This document shows, one piece after another, positions 27,440 to 37,328 of a stretch of 64,000 bases of DNA. This DNA is from an uncultured Gammaproteobacteria bacterium (GTDB taxonomy: Bacteria > Cyanobacteriota > Vampirovibrionia > Gastranaerophilales > CAJFVJ01). Position 1 is the first letter of the stretch. Each line of letters opens with the position of its first letter. A program made the position numbers and the translations under genes. The notes under the pieces were generated by a model that was given only the letters and a program-made list of their open reading frames with translations, had not been told where the DNA came from and made no database searches. Location: NCBI GenBank assembly GCA_964444415.1, contig CAYUHE010000002.1, positions 40,310 through 104,309 on the forward strand, given 5' to 3'.

Positions 27440-28237
27440 TTAGACCCAACCGCTGTCAGCAACTTTGCTAACCGCAACAGGTACAGCATTGGCAAGCATT
27501 TCATCTGTTTTTTGTGCCAATTCAAGTGCTATTTTGGACCTTGAGCTCAAGTGAATTGTATCGCATTTAATTTTAGTCATACCACCTTGAGAATTTCTAA
27601 CCATTGATCTGTTCAAAACCAAATCCAACTGATTCATACAATGATGAATATTTTCGATATCAGGAGCATCAAAATCAATCTCTCCATCAATATCATAAAC
27701 CTTATCGAGCATAATTTCATGTGCTACGCGAACGCCTGTTTCTTCTGAAACTTTATCAAGATTTTCGCAAGTTGCACCCACATATATCAGCCAAGGATTA
27801 TAACTTTTGATTGCATTAGCAATACTCAAAGATACTTCATAACTCTCTGCGGCTTGCTTATACATTGCACCATGTGGTCTTACATATTCGATATCAAGAT
27901 TATAAATCTTAGCCAAGGCACTCAAAGCACCTAATTGATACAAAATAATAGATTGCATCTGCTCATCGCTCAAATTCATCTCTCTATACCCAAAACCTTG
28001 CAAATCAGGATAACCGATATGCGCTGATATTGCATAACTTTGACCTTCAATCGTGCTTAGAGCATCCATTATTGACAAAGGATCACCGGCATGAGCCCCG
28101 CAGGAAACATTGATAGTACTTACGTAAGGCGCAAGTTCAAATTCTTTTTCATTTTTATAAACACCGAAACTCTGTGCCAAATCACAGTTTACATCGATTA
28201 CAAACTTTTTGTTTTTAGGCTTGGAAATATATGTCAT
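27440..28237 (-). CDS. pxpA: LamB/YcsF family protein (5-oxoprolinase subunit A, PxpA)
   Basis: 265 aa. DVNCDLAQSFG, NVSCGAHAGDP and the HGAMY motif. Confidence 0.85.
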   Translation of the reverse strand: MTYISKPKNKKFVIDVNCDLAQSFGVYKNEKEFELAPYVSTINVSCGAHAGDPLSIMDALSTIEGQSYAISAHIGYPDLQGFGYREMNLSDEQMQSIILYQLGALSALAKIYNLDIEYVRPHGAMYKQAAESYEVSLSIANAIKSYNPWLIYVGATCENLDKVSEETGVRVAHEIMLDKVYDIDGEIDFDAPDIENIHHCMNQLDLVLNRSMVRNSQGGMTKIKCDTIHLSSRSKIALELAQKTDEMLANAVPVAVSKVADSGWV

Positions 28238-28386
28238 AAGTCTTTTTCCTCTTATCGTAGATAATAATAATTATACCCCAACAATTCTTCGAGTCTATAA
28301 TATTTCATTAATGTTTCAAATCTTAGTATTCTAATTGTCACGGTAATATGTTAAGATATATTAAGTGAAAGCGTGAGGGAAAAATT

Positions 28387-28752
28387 ATGACTTTTTATTT
28401 TTCAGCAGACGGCTCAATGAAATACACCACAAATACTGTGGCGGCTAAAGGTTTAGCCGGCAAAAACAACAACAGCTCGTCTGGCTCTTCCGGCAAATCT
28501 AAATTTTCTATAGAAATGAAAAATTCTGCTACATCTAGTTCAGGCAAACTGAGCCCCGGAGACAAAAAAGCTCTGCTTTCAAACAACGTGGATTATCAAA
28601 GAATGGCTAAATACCAAAAAAGAATAAATGAAATAGCATCTAGAAAGCCAAGAACTTTTGACGATTCAGAAAATTTGACTATGAATTTGTCCGCTCTTAA
28701 AAGCTATAATGCAATAATCGAAAAACAGGCCAAAGCCCAAAAACGCGGCTAG
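28387..28752 (+). CDS. hypothetical Ser/Lys-rich small protein
   Basis: 121 aa with SD GAGGGA upstream. Low-complexity NNNSSSGSSGKSK segment. No family recognised. Confidence 0.6.
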   Translation: MTFYFSADGSMKYTTNTVAAKGLAGKNNNSSSGSSGKSKFSIEMKNSATSSSGKLSPGDKKALLSNNVDYQRMAKYQKRINEIASRKPRTFDDSENLTMNLSALKSYNAIIEKQAKAQKRG

Positions 28753-28759
28753 AAGCTGT

Positions 28760-31700
28760 CTAAATAGCATTTCTTTGATTTGTATTTAAGTATTGTTTGC
28801 TGTTCAAATATGCTTGTATTTTGATATGGTTTTGATTGCTGCCAAAAGCCACTTTTGCAACTTTTTTAGCAGCTTTACGCGCTTCTTTTTTCAAAATCAT
28901 TATATTGTCAGGAAGTTTTATATTATTAATTTTATTTAGGTCATATTCTATACCTTTTTCCATATTTTCTGCATATACAGCATATTCATGTTCGGTAGCA
29001 AATTTTCTTAAAGTATTTTTACCGTTTTCTTTGCAAACTCCAAAAACAGTTTCGTCACCTTCTTGTTTACGGGCATCAAGAAAGAAAGTGCCTAAAGCCA
29101 AACCGCCTGCAAGACCTGCAACTACTGTACCTTCTTTATAATCTTTGTCTTTATCAGAAGTCAAATCAATTTTTTCTATTTCTGGCTGTATATTAGAATC
29201 GACAGAATATTCGAGTCCATTTTTCGGTTGAATATTTTTTGAATGAGCTATACAAATAAGTTCTGAAACTTTATCATATCTGAACATTGCAAGAACTGAA
29301 TTATTATATTTATCTTCAAAGTTTTTTAGAAATATCTTTTTTTCTTCATCTTTTTCCATTGCTTCTAATTTTGCTTTTTCAGCTTCACTCATTAAAGGAG
29401 ATAGAGGATGCAACATCACTGTCTCGCCTTTTGACAAGGCAGATAAACCTTTATCAGCACTTCTAAGATTATTTATATTTTTTTTATCTGTGTAATATTT
29501 ATTGATGAATTCTTTTTTATCAGGACCATTTATCCACTCTCTATGAGCGACGTTTCTGTTTTGTGCATAAAGGTTTTTGCAAGGAGACTCATATCCTGTT
29601 GCGGCGTATTCATCACCTGCATAAGAAGTGTTTCTGCCGGGCATAATTGCCATTATTTTGTCGATTACAAGCATTTTGTCCAATGCCGGCTGCATAATAG
29701 CTTCAAAAGTTTTATTGAATAAATCTTTTTCTTGTGGTTCTGTCAATTCCAGCTTATATTCTACTTTTGCCTGTGCAATGACATCGTTGATTGCAAAATC
29801 AATCGGTGAAACGCCAAAAGCTTCTGGATTGAATTCTTTTCCTTGGAATTTACCTTGAGCCAAGTCTTTGACAGCTTTTTGCAATTTTTCTTTTGCTCCT
29901 AAATCAAGAGTGGATTTTGCAACAATAGCCTCATCAATAACTTTTGCCATTGCTATAGCTTTATAATTAGGAGTTAGTCCGGCATTTTTAATATCTGGTG
30001 TGTATTTTTTTTCCAATTTTTCATCAGGTTTTTGCCCGTGGAATAAAGTGTTATCAAGAGCCAAAATACTCAAAAGTCTTGGTTTGTCATGATTAGCTGC
30101 GAAATTGTGAGAAGTTTTGACGCCATCTTGAGAATACCCAAACAGGAAACCTTTATTGGCAGTCCAGCCATTATTACCAATTATATTACCTACCAATTTG
30201 CCTATAGCTAAAAATTCAGGAGGATTTCCAGAATCAGTCTTAGAAGCAACCAATCCTGCAATAGAAGAGAAGAAATAAGTATAATTTGAAAGTCCTGAAA
30301 CGCCTGTTTCGTGGATGAAATTTGATTCCAGAGACATATTATTATTATGACGACCTGGACCTTTTTCTATCAAATCTACGGTGTCTGTCATCTCTGCGAT
30401 GATATAAGAATTAGGGTTTTCTTTTTTTACTGCCTCAGCAAAGCCTTTCCAAAATCTTGCAGATTCATCCATAACATCACCGAAATTTTCAAGCCCGTCT
30501 CTGACTTCACCGATTGGCGCTGTATCTTTAGTAGCATCAGTACGCCAGTTGAGTCCTGAAGCTGTTCTGTCAACCAAAACATAAGCCATTTTGATGTCAG
30601 ACTCTTTTACTCCTTTAAATCTTGCTTGAATACTGTCAGCAAGAAGTTGTTTATTTGCTGGTGAAATATCAGGAAGACCTTTTCTTATCAAAGCTATAAC
30701 TTGTTTTGCTTCATCAGCAGGTGATTTTGCAGCAATGCCTTTACCTGCAATATTTTTGAGTGTGGTATTTTTGAGAGCTTCTTCATCATAAATCAATTTG
30801 CCGTCTTTATTTTCGATTTTGACACTTGGAGCTAACACTTTAACCATAGCGAATTTCAATATATCATGAGCAACCAAAGGAAGGATTAATTTGCCTGCAT
30901 CTGTTAACTTTCCGTCTTTTTTGCTTATTAATCTGCCTTCTGTATCTGCTTGAGATACAACATCATAAGCAAATTCTGTTAAAGATTTGCCTTCATTAAA
31001 ATACAATTCTTCCGCATCTCCGTAGATTTTGCTGTATTTATCAGGCAAATCAAGATAACCTTTATCTTGATAAAATTGATAACGGGTTTTTGCAACATCT
31101 TCTTGCGTGAAAGCTTTTTTGGAAATGAAAGGACTGCCTAGAACTGCTGTAATATCGTGAGAAAAACCAAGGGATTCCAAAGGTAAATTCATTAAATCTT
31201 CAGCAAGTCTGTCTTTTACGTTGTCTGTTGTGGAAAGTTGCGGAATTATATATTTGCCCTTAATTACGTTTTCAATGACCTCATCTGTCATAACTTCTTT
31301 TGACAAAGGAGGGAATTTCCCATCTTTGCCCAAAGTGACTTTATAACTATCTTTATCGTTATTCAATTCTTTTGCAGAATGCTCAATAATGGCATTTTGG
31401 GCTAATTTTGTCCAATACTTGCCGACTGTTTGAATGTGGTCTTGGTTTTGGTATGCGCCTTGCTGAACTTCTCTTTTTTCTTCTTTGCTGTACCCGAAGC
31501 GGGTTAATTTTTGTTCATCACCCATTGAATAAGTGTATCTTAGTTTGGCGATATCTACGTTGCCGTCCCAATTTTCGATACCATTTGCTTGAGTATCGAT
31601 ATTGAAATTTTTAAATCTTAAAACTGTTTGTAAAAATGCCAATCTGTTTTCATTATATTTTTTTTCATTTTCCTTAATTGATTTTTCGAAAGCTGCAATT

Positions 31701-32935
31701 TCATCTTCAGGAATTTCAAACGGAATTAGAAGCGTAGAGTGATTGTTAGTATTTATTTCGTAGTGATTGCCTGTTGTAAGTTTGCCATAGCTTGTTAATA
31801 GCTCGCCTTTTTTGACTTGCTCTTTTTGCTTATCCGTAAGTAATCTTTCATCATAAATTTGAACATAAGTCGGTTGTTTGTAATCTCTTGGCTGTTTTGT
31901 TGCTACGACTTCATCTTTGGCAAAAGAATATTTGTTATTGCCATTTACGATATTTAATTTTATATGAGGCAAAATTTCTTTGCCTTCTTTTGAAGCAGGG
32001 TCAACGTTTGGCAAATTGGCTATTGTCATATTGCCTTCGATTCGAAAGTTATTGTAGTAAGGAGATTCTTTGCCCCATTTTCTGATATGAGCAATACGAT
32101 AGCCTTCCATGCCTTCATTTACAAAAGCACCGTCTGCGATTAGAGACATGCCATTTTTGAACAATTCGACAATTAATGTTTTAAAATCTTCAAGAGTGCC
32201 GTTTTTTTGAGTCATTTGGAAAGGGTTTGTAATCCAATATCCGTGAGAAGATCTTTCATCACCGCCAAAAATAGGCGTTGTAAGGATAAAATCATAACCT
32301 TTTTTCTTCATCTCAGTAATGTCTGCTATTATGCCGGCGATATTTCCGCCATATTGATTAAAGTGGTTTCTTTTGGCTTCTAAAGCCTGTTTTGCTAAAG
32401 CTTCATTTTTAATAGCATTCCCTGCTGTATCTTTGACAAGTTCGCCATTTTTCATGTCATACCCGATATTATGACTATCAGGCATTAAGTGAAGAATTGT
32501 ACCCCCAGGGTTTGTAACAGGAGCTCTATCTCTTAGAACTACAACGTATTTAGGTTTTTCATTGTCTGCGAGAGTTTTATTTTTTTCATGCTCTGTTCTT
32601 AAGCCACTATCTGTATGATAGGTTGCTTCGCCTGTTTGTTTGTCTGTTAATTTGAATCTGTAAGCAAAAGGCTGCCCCTGCAAAGCTATTCTTGAAGGAT
32701 TTATTGTTACTTGGCCTTTGTCATTAAGAGGTCTAATTTCTGATTCATAATCAGAATCGACCACAAAATCTGTTCCGATTTTTTTGAGCTGAACAAATTC
32801 AATAGAAGCATTATATTTATCATTGTCATAAGGCAAGAAAAACTCAAAAGCCTGATTGCCTGTAGAGGTTTTTACCTGCTCCATACCTTTGAAATTAACT
32901 TTTTTAACATCTGTTTGAATATTGTTAATAATCAA
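28760..32935 (-). CDS. giant GH13-like alpha-glucan-active enzyme with a very large insertion between conserved regions I and II
   Basis: 1391 aa. TTG start with strong SD AAGGAGTG 7 nt upstream. E-set/CBM-like N-terminal region. GH13-like regions: I SLIADGAFVNEG (about residue 270), II LNWRTDATKD (about 800), III YIIAEMTD (about 848), IV NFAANHDKPR (about 950). No signal peptide. Confidence 0.75.
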   Translation of the reverse strand: MIINNIQTDVKKVNFKGMEQVKTSTGNQAFEFFLPYDNDKYNASIEFVQLKKIGTDFVVDSDYESEIRPLNDKGQVTINPSRIALQGQPFAYRFKLTDKQTGEATYHTDSGLRTEHEKNKTLADNEKPKYVVVLRDRAPVTNPGGTILHLMPDSHNIGYDMKNGELVKDTAGNAIKNEALAKQALEAKRNHFNQYGGNIAGIIADITEMKKKGYDFILTTPIFGGDERSSHGYWITNPFQMTQKNGTLEDFKTLIVELFKNGMSLIADGAFVNEGMEGYRIAHIRKWGKESPYYNNFRIEGNMTIANLPNVDPASKEGKEILPHIKLNIVNGNNKYSFAKDEVVATKQPRDYKQPTYVQIYDERLLTDKQKEQVKKGELLTSYGKLTTGNHYEINTNNHSTLLIPFEIPEDEIAAFEKSIKENEKKYNENRLAFLQTVLRFKNFNIDTQANGIENWDGNVDIAKLRYTYSMGDEQKLTRFGYSKEEKREVQQGAYQNQDHIQTVGKYWTKLAQNAIIEHSAKELNNDKDSYKVTLGKDGKFPPLSKEVMTDEVIENVIKGKYIIPQLSTTDNVKDRLAEDLMNLPLESLGFSHDITAVLGSPFISKKAFTQEDVAKTRYQFYQDKGYLDLPDKYSKIYGDAEELYFNEGKSLTEFAYDVVSQADTEGRLISKKDGKLTDAGKLILPLVAHDILKFAMVKVLAPSVKIENKDGKLIYDEEALKNTTLKNIAGKGIAAKSPADEAKQVIALIRKGLPDISPANKQLLADSIQARFKGVKESDIKMAYVLVDRTASGLNWRTDATKDTAPIGEVRDGLENFGDVMDESARFWKGFAEAVKKENPNSYIIAEMTDTVDLIEKGPGRHNNNMSLESNFIHETGVSGLSNYTYFFSSIAGLVASKTDSGNPPEFLAIGKLVGNIIGNNGWTANKGFLFGYSQDGVKTSHNFAANHDKPRLLSILALDNTLFHGQKPDEKLEKKYTPDIKNAGLTPNYKAIAMAKVIDEAIVAKSTLDLGAKEKLQKAVKDLAQGKFQGKEFNPEAFGVSPIDFAINDVIAQAKVEYKLELTEPQEKDLFNKTFEAIMQPALDKMLVIDKIMAIMPGRNTSYAGDEYAATGYESPCKNLYAQNRNVAHREWINGPDKKEFINKYYTDKKNINNLRSADKGLSALSKGETVMLHPLSPLMSEAEKAKLEAMEKDEEKKIFLKNFEDKYNNSVLAMFRYDKVSELICIAHSKNIQPKNGLEYSVDSNIQPEIEKIDLTSDKDKDYKEGTVVAGLAGGLALGTFFLDARKQEGDETVFGVCKENGKNTLRKFATEHEYAVYAENMEKGIEYDLNKINNIKLPDNIMILKKEARKAAKKVAKVAFGSNQNHIKIQAYLNSKQYLNTNQRNAI

Positions 32936-33097
32936 AATTCAACACTCCTTACACAACTTTCAGCTATTATAAGGATTCTCAAGAATTTTTCTTGCTTAAT
33001 TGAGTGTAATTGTTAAAAAAGTTTTACATTGCAAAACAATAGAAAAGACAACTATTTTGGCAGTTGTCGTATTAAGTTTCCTCTAAGTTTTAAGGTA

Positions 33098-34876
33098 TTA
33101 GATATTTTGAACCAAAACTTCTTCTACTTGATCTTCAATATACGGAGTATTGATTTCAAATAAGTGGAATCTTCCTGCTCCCAAATCAACATTTAGCTGA
33201 TTGTCTCTTGGCTGAATTTTGCTAGAATCACCGTAAGAAGGAACAAGATTTTGCATATTTTGATATGTTTTTAGTCCTGGAATTGAAACAGAACCTTGAC
33301 GTCTGTAGTTCATATTTCTGTTTGCCACAACCAATAAAGTTTTGCCTTCATAATGTCTTGCGTATGCAATGATATTTTCGCTGCCTTTATCACCTTTGAC
33401 TTGAAGAGGAATATATGAACCTTTTGTAATTACATCTTTGTATTTTTCTCTTGCTTCTGATGAAGCTTCGAAGAATTCGCCGATTTCAGGGTTATTTCCA
33501 CCAGGTTTTCTTGAAGTATTGAAGATGTCAATTCTTCCTTCATGCACTTCAAATGTAGGGATTTTGTCCAATTTTAAAGCTTCTTCAGCAGGTTTCATAA
33601 GTTTGTTGCCGTATTTGTATTTGTAGAAATCGCCTGACTGATAGCCGTCAACCACATAAGGATTTGTCATAGGAAGAGTATTCATCAAACCTGTTGCCAA
33701 ATTGCAAAATAAAGTTTTGCCTTGATACATAGGCGAAACATCATCGTGAGTTGCAAAAGAACCGATTAAAGATTTGCCTTTTTCAAGCCTGTGAGTCATA
33801 TCAAGATTTTCTCTCATATAATCGTGAAGATCATCAGCTTTCATCCACTGATCAAAGATGTGGAATTGTCCGTAATATGAGTCAAATCCTGCATTCAATA
33901 GTTCTTCAGGTCTGTCATAAGCCATATTCAACATCGGAGAAGCATCTTCATAAGTGTAAGTTTCTGCTAACCAAGCAAATTGTGAGTCTTTAGCTTTTGA
34001 ATAAGGAATGATGATATCCCAGAATTCAGCAGGTTTCGCTCTTGCTACATCAGCTCTGATTCCATCTACTCCAAGGTCAACGCACATATCGATAAAATCT
34101 TTATGCATTTGAACTAATTCTTGGTTAAGTTCTCTTTTATCGCCATTTTGGAATGTTTCAAACATTCTGATATCATTCCAGCCTTGAGGAACTTTGGCTG
34201 AACCGTTATCAGCTATTGCCATATATTTTTTGTTTTGTGGATTGTTATAAAAATCTAATGACGCACAGCTTGGAAGGTCAAGCATTACAGCGATTCCACG
34301 TTTGTGAGCTTCGTCGATGAAATATTTGAATTGTTCTTCAGTAGTTCTGGGGTCATTTTTATCACGCAAAGCAGGGTCTATTGAAAGCAAGTCTTTTGCA
34401 GAATAAACTGAACCTGCATTTCCCATCGCATCTTCTTCTCCCGGTGGGTGAATAGGCAAAATGTGAAGAGTGTTGATGCCCAATTTTTTTAATTCGTCCA
34501 ATCTTTCAACAGCATTGATGAATGTTCCTGTTTCTTCATCAGCAGTGATTAATTCATCGCCGTTTTTGTCTTTTGCGTTGAAAGTTCTCATAATGATTGC
34601 CATCATTTTGACATCATTATTTTGAAATTTTGTTCTCAAATCATTTTGATAAACACCATTTGATGCTTTTGTTTCTTTTACTTCTTTCACTTCAGGTGTT
34701 TTTGCGATTGGCATATAAAAACCTTTGACATTTCTATCAGCCAAAAGTTGTTGAACCATTGGGTTTGAAACTTGATTTCCTTTGCTTGCAGGAGTATTTT
34801 CTTCTTTATTATTCAAAACATTTGAAACATAAGAATTTTTTTGAGGTATTTGATAGTTAGTATACATATTAACCAT
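33098..34876 (-). CDS. GH13 family alpha-amylase-like enzyme with a ~90-aa Asn/Gln-rich N-terminal extension
   Basis: 592 aa with strong SD AAGGAGGT. GH13 regions: LGINTLHILPIH, II GVDGIRADVARA, III FAWLAETYT, IV GSFATHDD. Its start overlaps the upstream gene by 8 nt. Confidence 0.85.
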   Translation of the reverse strand: MVNMYTNYQIPQKNSYVSNVLNNKEENTPASKGNQVSNPMVQQLLADRNVKGFYMPIAKTPEVKEVKETKASNGVYQNDLRTKFQNNDVKMMAIIMRTFNAKDKNGDELITADEETGTFINAVERLDELKKLGINTLHILPIHPPGEEDAMGNAGSVYSAKDLLSIDPALRDKNDPRTTEEQFKYFIDEAHKRGIAVMLDLPSCASLDFYNNPQNKKYMAIADNGSAKVPQGWNDIRMFETFQNGDKRELNQELVQMHKDFIDMCVDLGVDGIRADVARAKPAEFWDIIIPYSKAKDSQFAWLAETYTYEDASPMLNMAYDRPEELLNAGFDSYYGQFHIFDQWMKADDLHDYMRENLDMTHRLEKGKSLIGSFATHDDVSPMYQGKTLFCNLATGLMNTLPMTNPYVVDGYQSGDFYKYKYGNKLMKPAEEALKLDKIPTFEVHEGRIDIFNTSRKPGGNNPEIGEFFEASSEAREKYKDVITKGSYIPLQVKGDKGSENIIAYARHYEGKTLLVVANRNMNYRRQGSVSIPGLKTYQNMQNLVPSYGDSSKIQPRDNQLNVDLGAGRFHLFEINTPYIEDQVEEVLVQNI

Positions 34877-37328
34877 TATTTTCTACCTCCTTGCTGATAC
34901 TTTTTTTAGGAGCATTGATTTTTCCGAAGAAGAATGGGGAAGCCAAAGTTACAACAGCAACTCCTGCACCGATACCGCCGAATAATCTTGTCCAATGATT
35001 AGTATTATGGATTTGCTCTGCTGATTTTTGAGCAAACTTGGATAATGTTTCACCAACCATTGTGGTGTTTTTAAGATCACCTTTTGCATTCATTAGAGTA
35101 TATTCTTTTCTTGCATCATCATTATAATTTAAAGTCTTTTCTACTTCGCCAACAAAATGACTTTTCTTAAATCTTAATACCAATCTTCCACATTGATCAT
35201 AAATATAATTAATATGCTTTTTAACATTTCCTGTAAGCCTAGAGTCCACTCCACCCAGAGCATCTGTTGTGGATTTGCTCAATTTGTCTTTGCCGAAAAG
35301 ATTTTCCATAAGAGCTATATAGACTTTTGGCTCTTCGATATTAAATTTCACGAAGTGATCGCCGTAAGTTCCATCCATAATTGCATATTTCATAGCTTTA
35401 ATAGATTGTTCGACAGATTCTTTGCTTTTTGGGAATGTTTTTTCAAGTTCTTCTTTGATAGAACCATTTTCAAGTCTTTTGAACAAGTCAAGACCTTGAA
35501 CTACTTTATACAATGAAGATTTTGCACCCAAAAGACTGTTATCAAGAGCTTCCGTTGCATTTTTCTTAGCAGAAGCTGTTAATGTACTTCCATTTCCTGC
35601 GATATAATCAGCTACGCTATTCAAAGATGAGTCTTTTGCTGATTTAGCCAAATCATCGTAAAACTTGCCTGTCATATCTACTACTTCAGATTGGAAACCC
35701 TTACCGTCTTTTATTGAGCCTTTTACCATTGCTTCATCAAATTTATTTATTAGACCAGCAATTTTTTCTAATGCTTTTTGATATTTGGCTTCATTTCCTT
35801 CTTTGGCAAGTTCGCTCATTTTGGCTTCCATTATAGCTCTTGAGCTTGAAGGAGATTTTTTGATTTGCTCAAGTTCTTTATTAGATAGACCAATAGCATT
35901 CATTATACCTTCAGAAGCTTTTTTCCATTCTCTTGCTTTTATAGAATCTTCTCTGTCGCCGATTTTGTGCTGAACATATTCTGCCAAAACACTATTTTTG
36001 ACGTTGAATGCATCCAAAGCTTTGAATATTTTTTCTATTTCTTCAGCTGTTTTTTCAGTAAGTTTTAGTGGTTTTTTTGCAAGTTTGGCATCAAGCTGTG
36101 AAGAAAATTCTTTTTCTAATGCTGTAAATAAATCTTCATCTTCATACTTTTCAGTTTCTTTTCTAAATAAAACTCCCAGTCTTTTTTTGATGTCATCAAG
36201 TTTAATTTCTTGATTATCATTTAGTTTGCCTTTTATCAAGGCTTCTTTGATAGCTTCTTTAGAGAAAACATGAGTAACTAGTTCTTTAGAACTTGCTTCT
36301 TTTGGAACTTTTAGTGTGATTTCGCCGATGAATTCTGAAACATCAGGAACTTCTTTCCAAACAAGAAGGTTTTCCAAATCTTGTCTTAAATTAGTTTCTA
36401 ATTTCGAATTGCTGCCTTTATCTAATATTTTCACTAATTTAGTGATAAATTTATCATCAACGTTTTTGTCTTCGTTATTTTTTAATAAAGTTTTTAGAGC
36501 TTCAAAGCCTTTTTTGTCAGATTTATTTTTTACAATCTCATCTAAATTTGCAAGATTTTCAACAAGTCTTGCAGTTTTTCTATTGACCAGTTTTGTTTTT
36601 TTGGCTTCTTGGGCTTTATTTAGGCCTTTTTCGATTTCACTTGAAATCAAAGCCCCCATAATAGGAGTCGCTAGACCTGCTGTCAACATCCACATTGTAT
36701 TTGCTTGAGTCGAAATCTTTGTCATTTTTCTTTTAACAAATTCTTGACGATTTTCCATGTCTTTATCAACGTGCATTTTATCGCCTATAGCTTCAAGTTG
36801 TTCTGAAGAATAAAGATCAGAGGCAAAATATTGAGGATCTCTGTGAAGATTGTTTTTGCGTCCTTGACTGTCTATGCATTTTTGATCGACATTAAATCCG
36901 TACAAAGCTTTGATTGGAGCATTAATAAACAATTTAGGGAATAAAACCATAGAAGCAAAGAATGATGCAAATCCTACAAATTCCATACCTTTTTTGGCAG
37001 GAATAATTCTTTGTGTAGCAAGATAACCAGCCAAAGCCAGACCGCCTATTTTCATACTAATATCGTTTGACAGTCCCAATTCGTGATCGTTGCTTTTGCC
37101 TCTCAAGCCTTTGCCAATATTATTAAGACTTTCAAAAGTATCTTCAACCGCAACAACTGGAAGTTTCCAGATAGGTGTATGAACAAGATGCCCTTTGGCC
37201 TCATAAGGAGTTGCACCTAACTGATATTTCTCATAATCAGCAGATGTAGGAATGCGACTTCTTGTAGAACTTGGTTTATGTTCTACAGATTTTTGAGATA
37301 TTGAATTTTGAACCATCATATCAGTCAT
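34869..37328 (-). CDS. hypothetical membrane protein, paralogue of the 341-aa protein with a ~540-aa helical insertion
   Basis: 819 aa. N-terminal membrane module (GKGLRGKSNDHELG, then TM helices, then QANTMWMLTAGLATP). A long Lys/Glu-rich helical region is followed by a C-terminal TM FGGIGAGVAVVTLASPFFF. Confidence 0.8.
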   Translation of the reverse strand: MTDMMVQNSISQKSVEHKPSSTRSRIPTSADYEKYQLGATPYEAKGHLVHTPIWKLPVVAVEDTFESLNNIGKGLRGKSNDHELGLSNDISMKIGGLALAGYLATQRIIPAKKGMEFVGFASFFASMVLFPKLFINAPIKALYGFNVDQKCIDSQGRKNNLHRDPQYFASDLYSSEQLEAIGDKMHVDKDMENRQEFVKRKMTKISTQANTMWMLTAGLATPIMGALISSEIEKGLNKAQEAKKTKLVNRKTARLVENLANLDEIVKNKSDKKGFEALKTLLKNNEDKNVDDKFITKLVKILDKGSNSKLETNLRQDLENLLVWKEVPDVSEFIGEITLKVPKEASSKELVTHVFSKEAIKEALIKGKLNDNQEIKLDDIKKRLGVLFRKETEKYEDEDLFTALEKEFSSQLDAKLAKKPLKLTEKTAEEIEKIFKALDAFNVKNSVLAEYVQHKIGDREDSIKAREWKKASEGIMNAIGLSNKELEQIKKSPSSSRAIMEAKMSELAKEGNEAKYQKALEKIAGLINKFDEAMVKGSIKDGKGFQSEVVDMTGKFYDDLAKSAKDSSLNSVADYIAGNGSTLTASAKKNATEALDNSLLGAKSSLYKVVQGLDLFKRLENGSIKEELEKTFPKSKESVEQSIKAMKYAIMDGTYGDHFVKFNIEEPKVYIALMENLFGKDKLSKSTTDALGGVDSRLTGNVKKHINYIYDQCGRLVLRFKKSHFVGEVEKTLNYNDDARKEYTLMNAKGDLKNTTMVGETLSKFAQKSAEQIHNTNHWTRLFGGIGAGVAVVTLASPFFFGKINAPKKSISKEVENNG

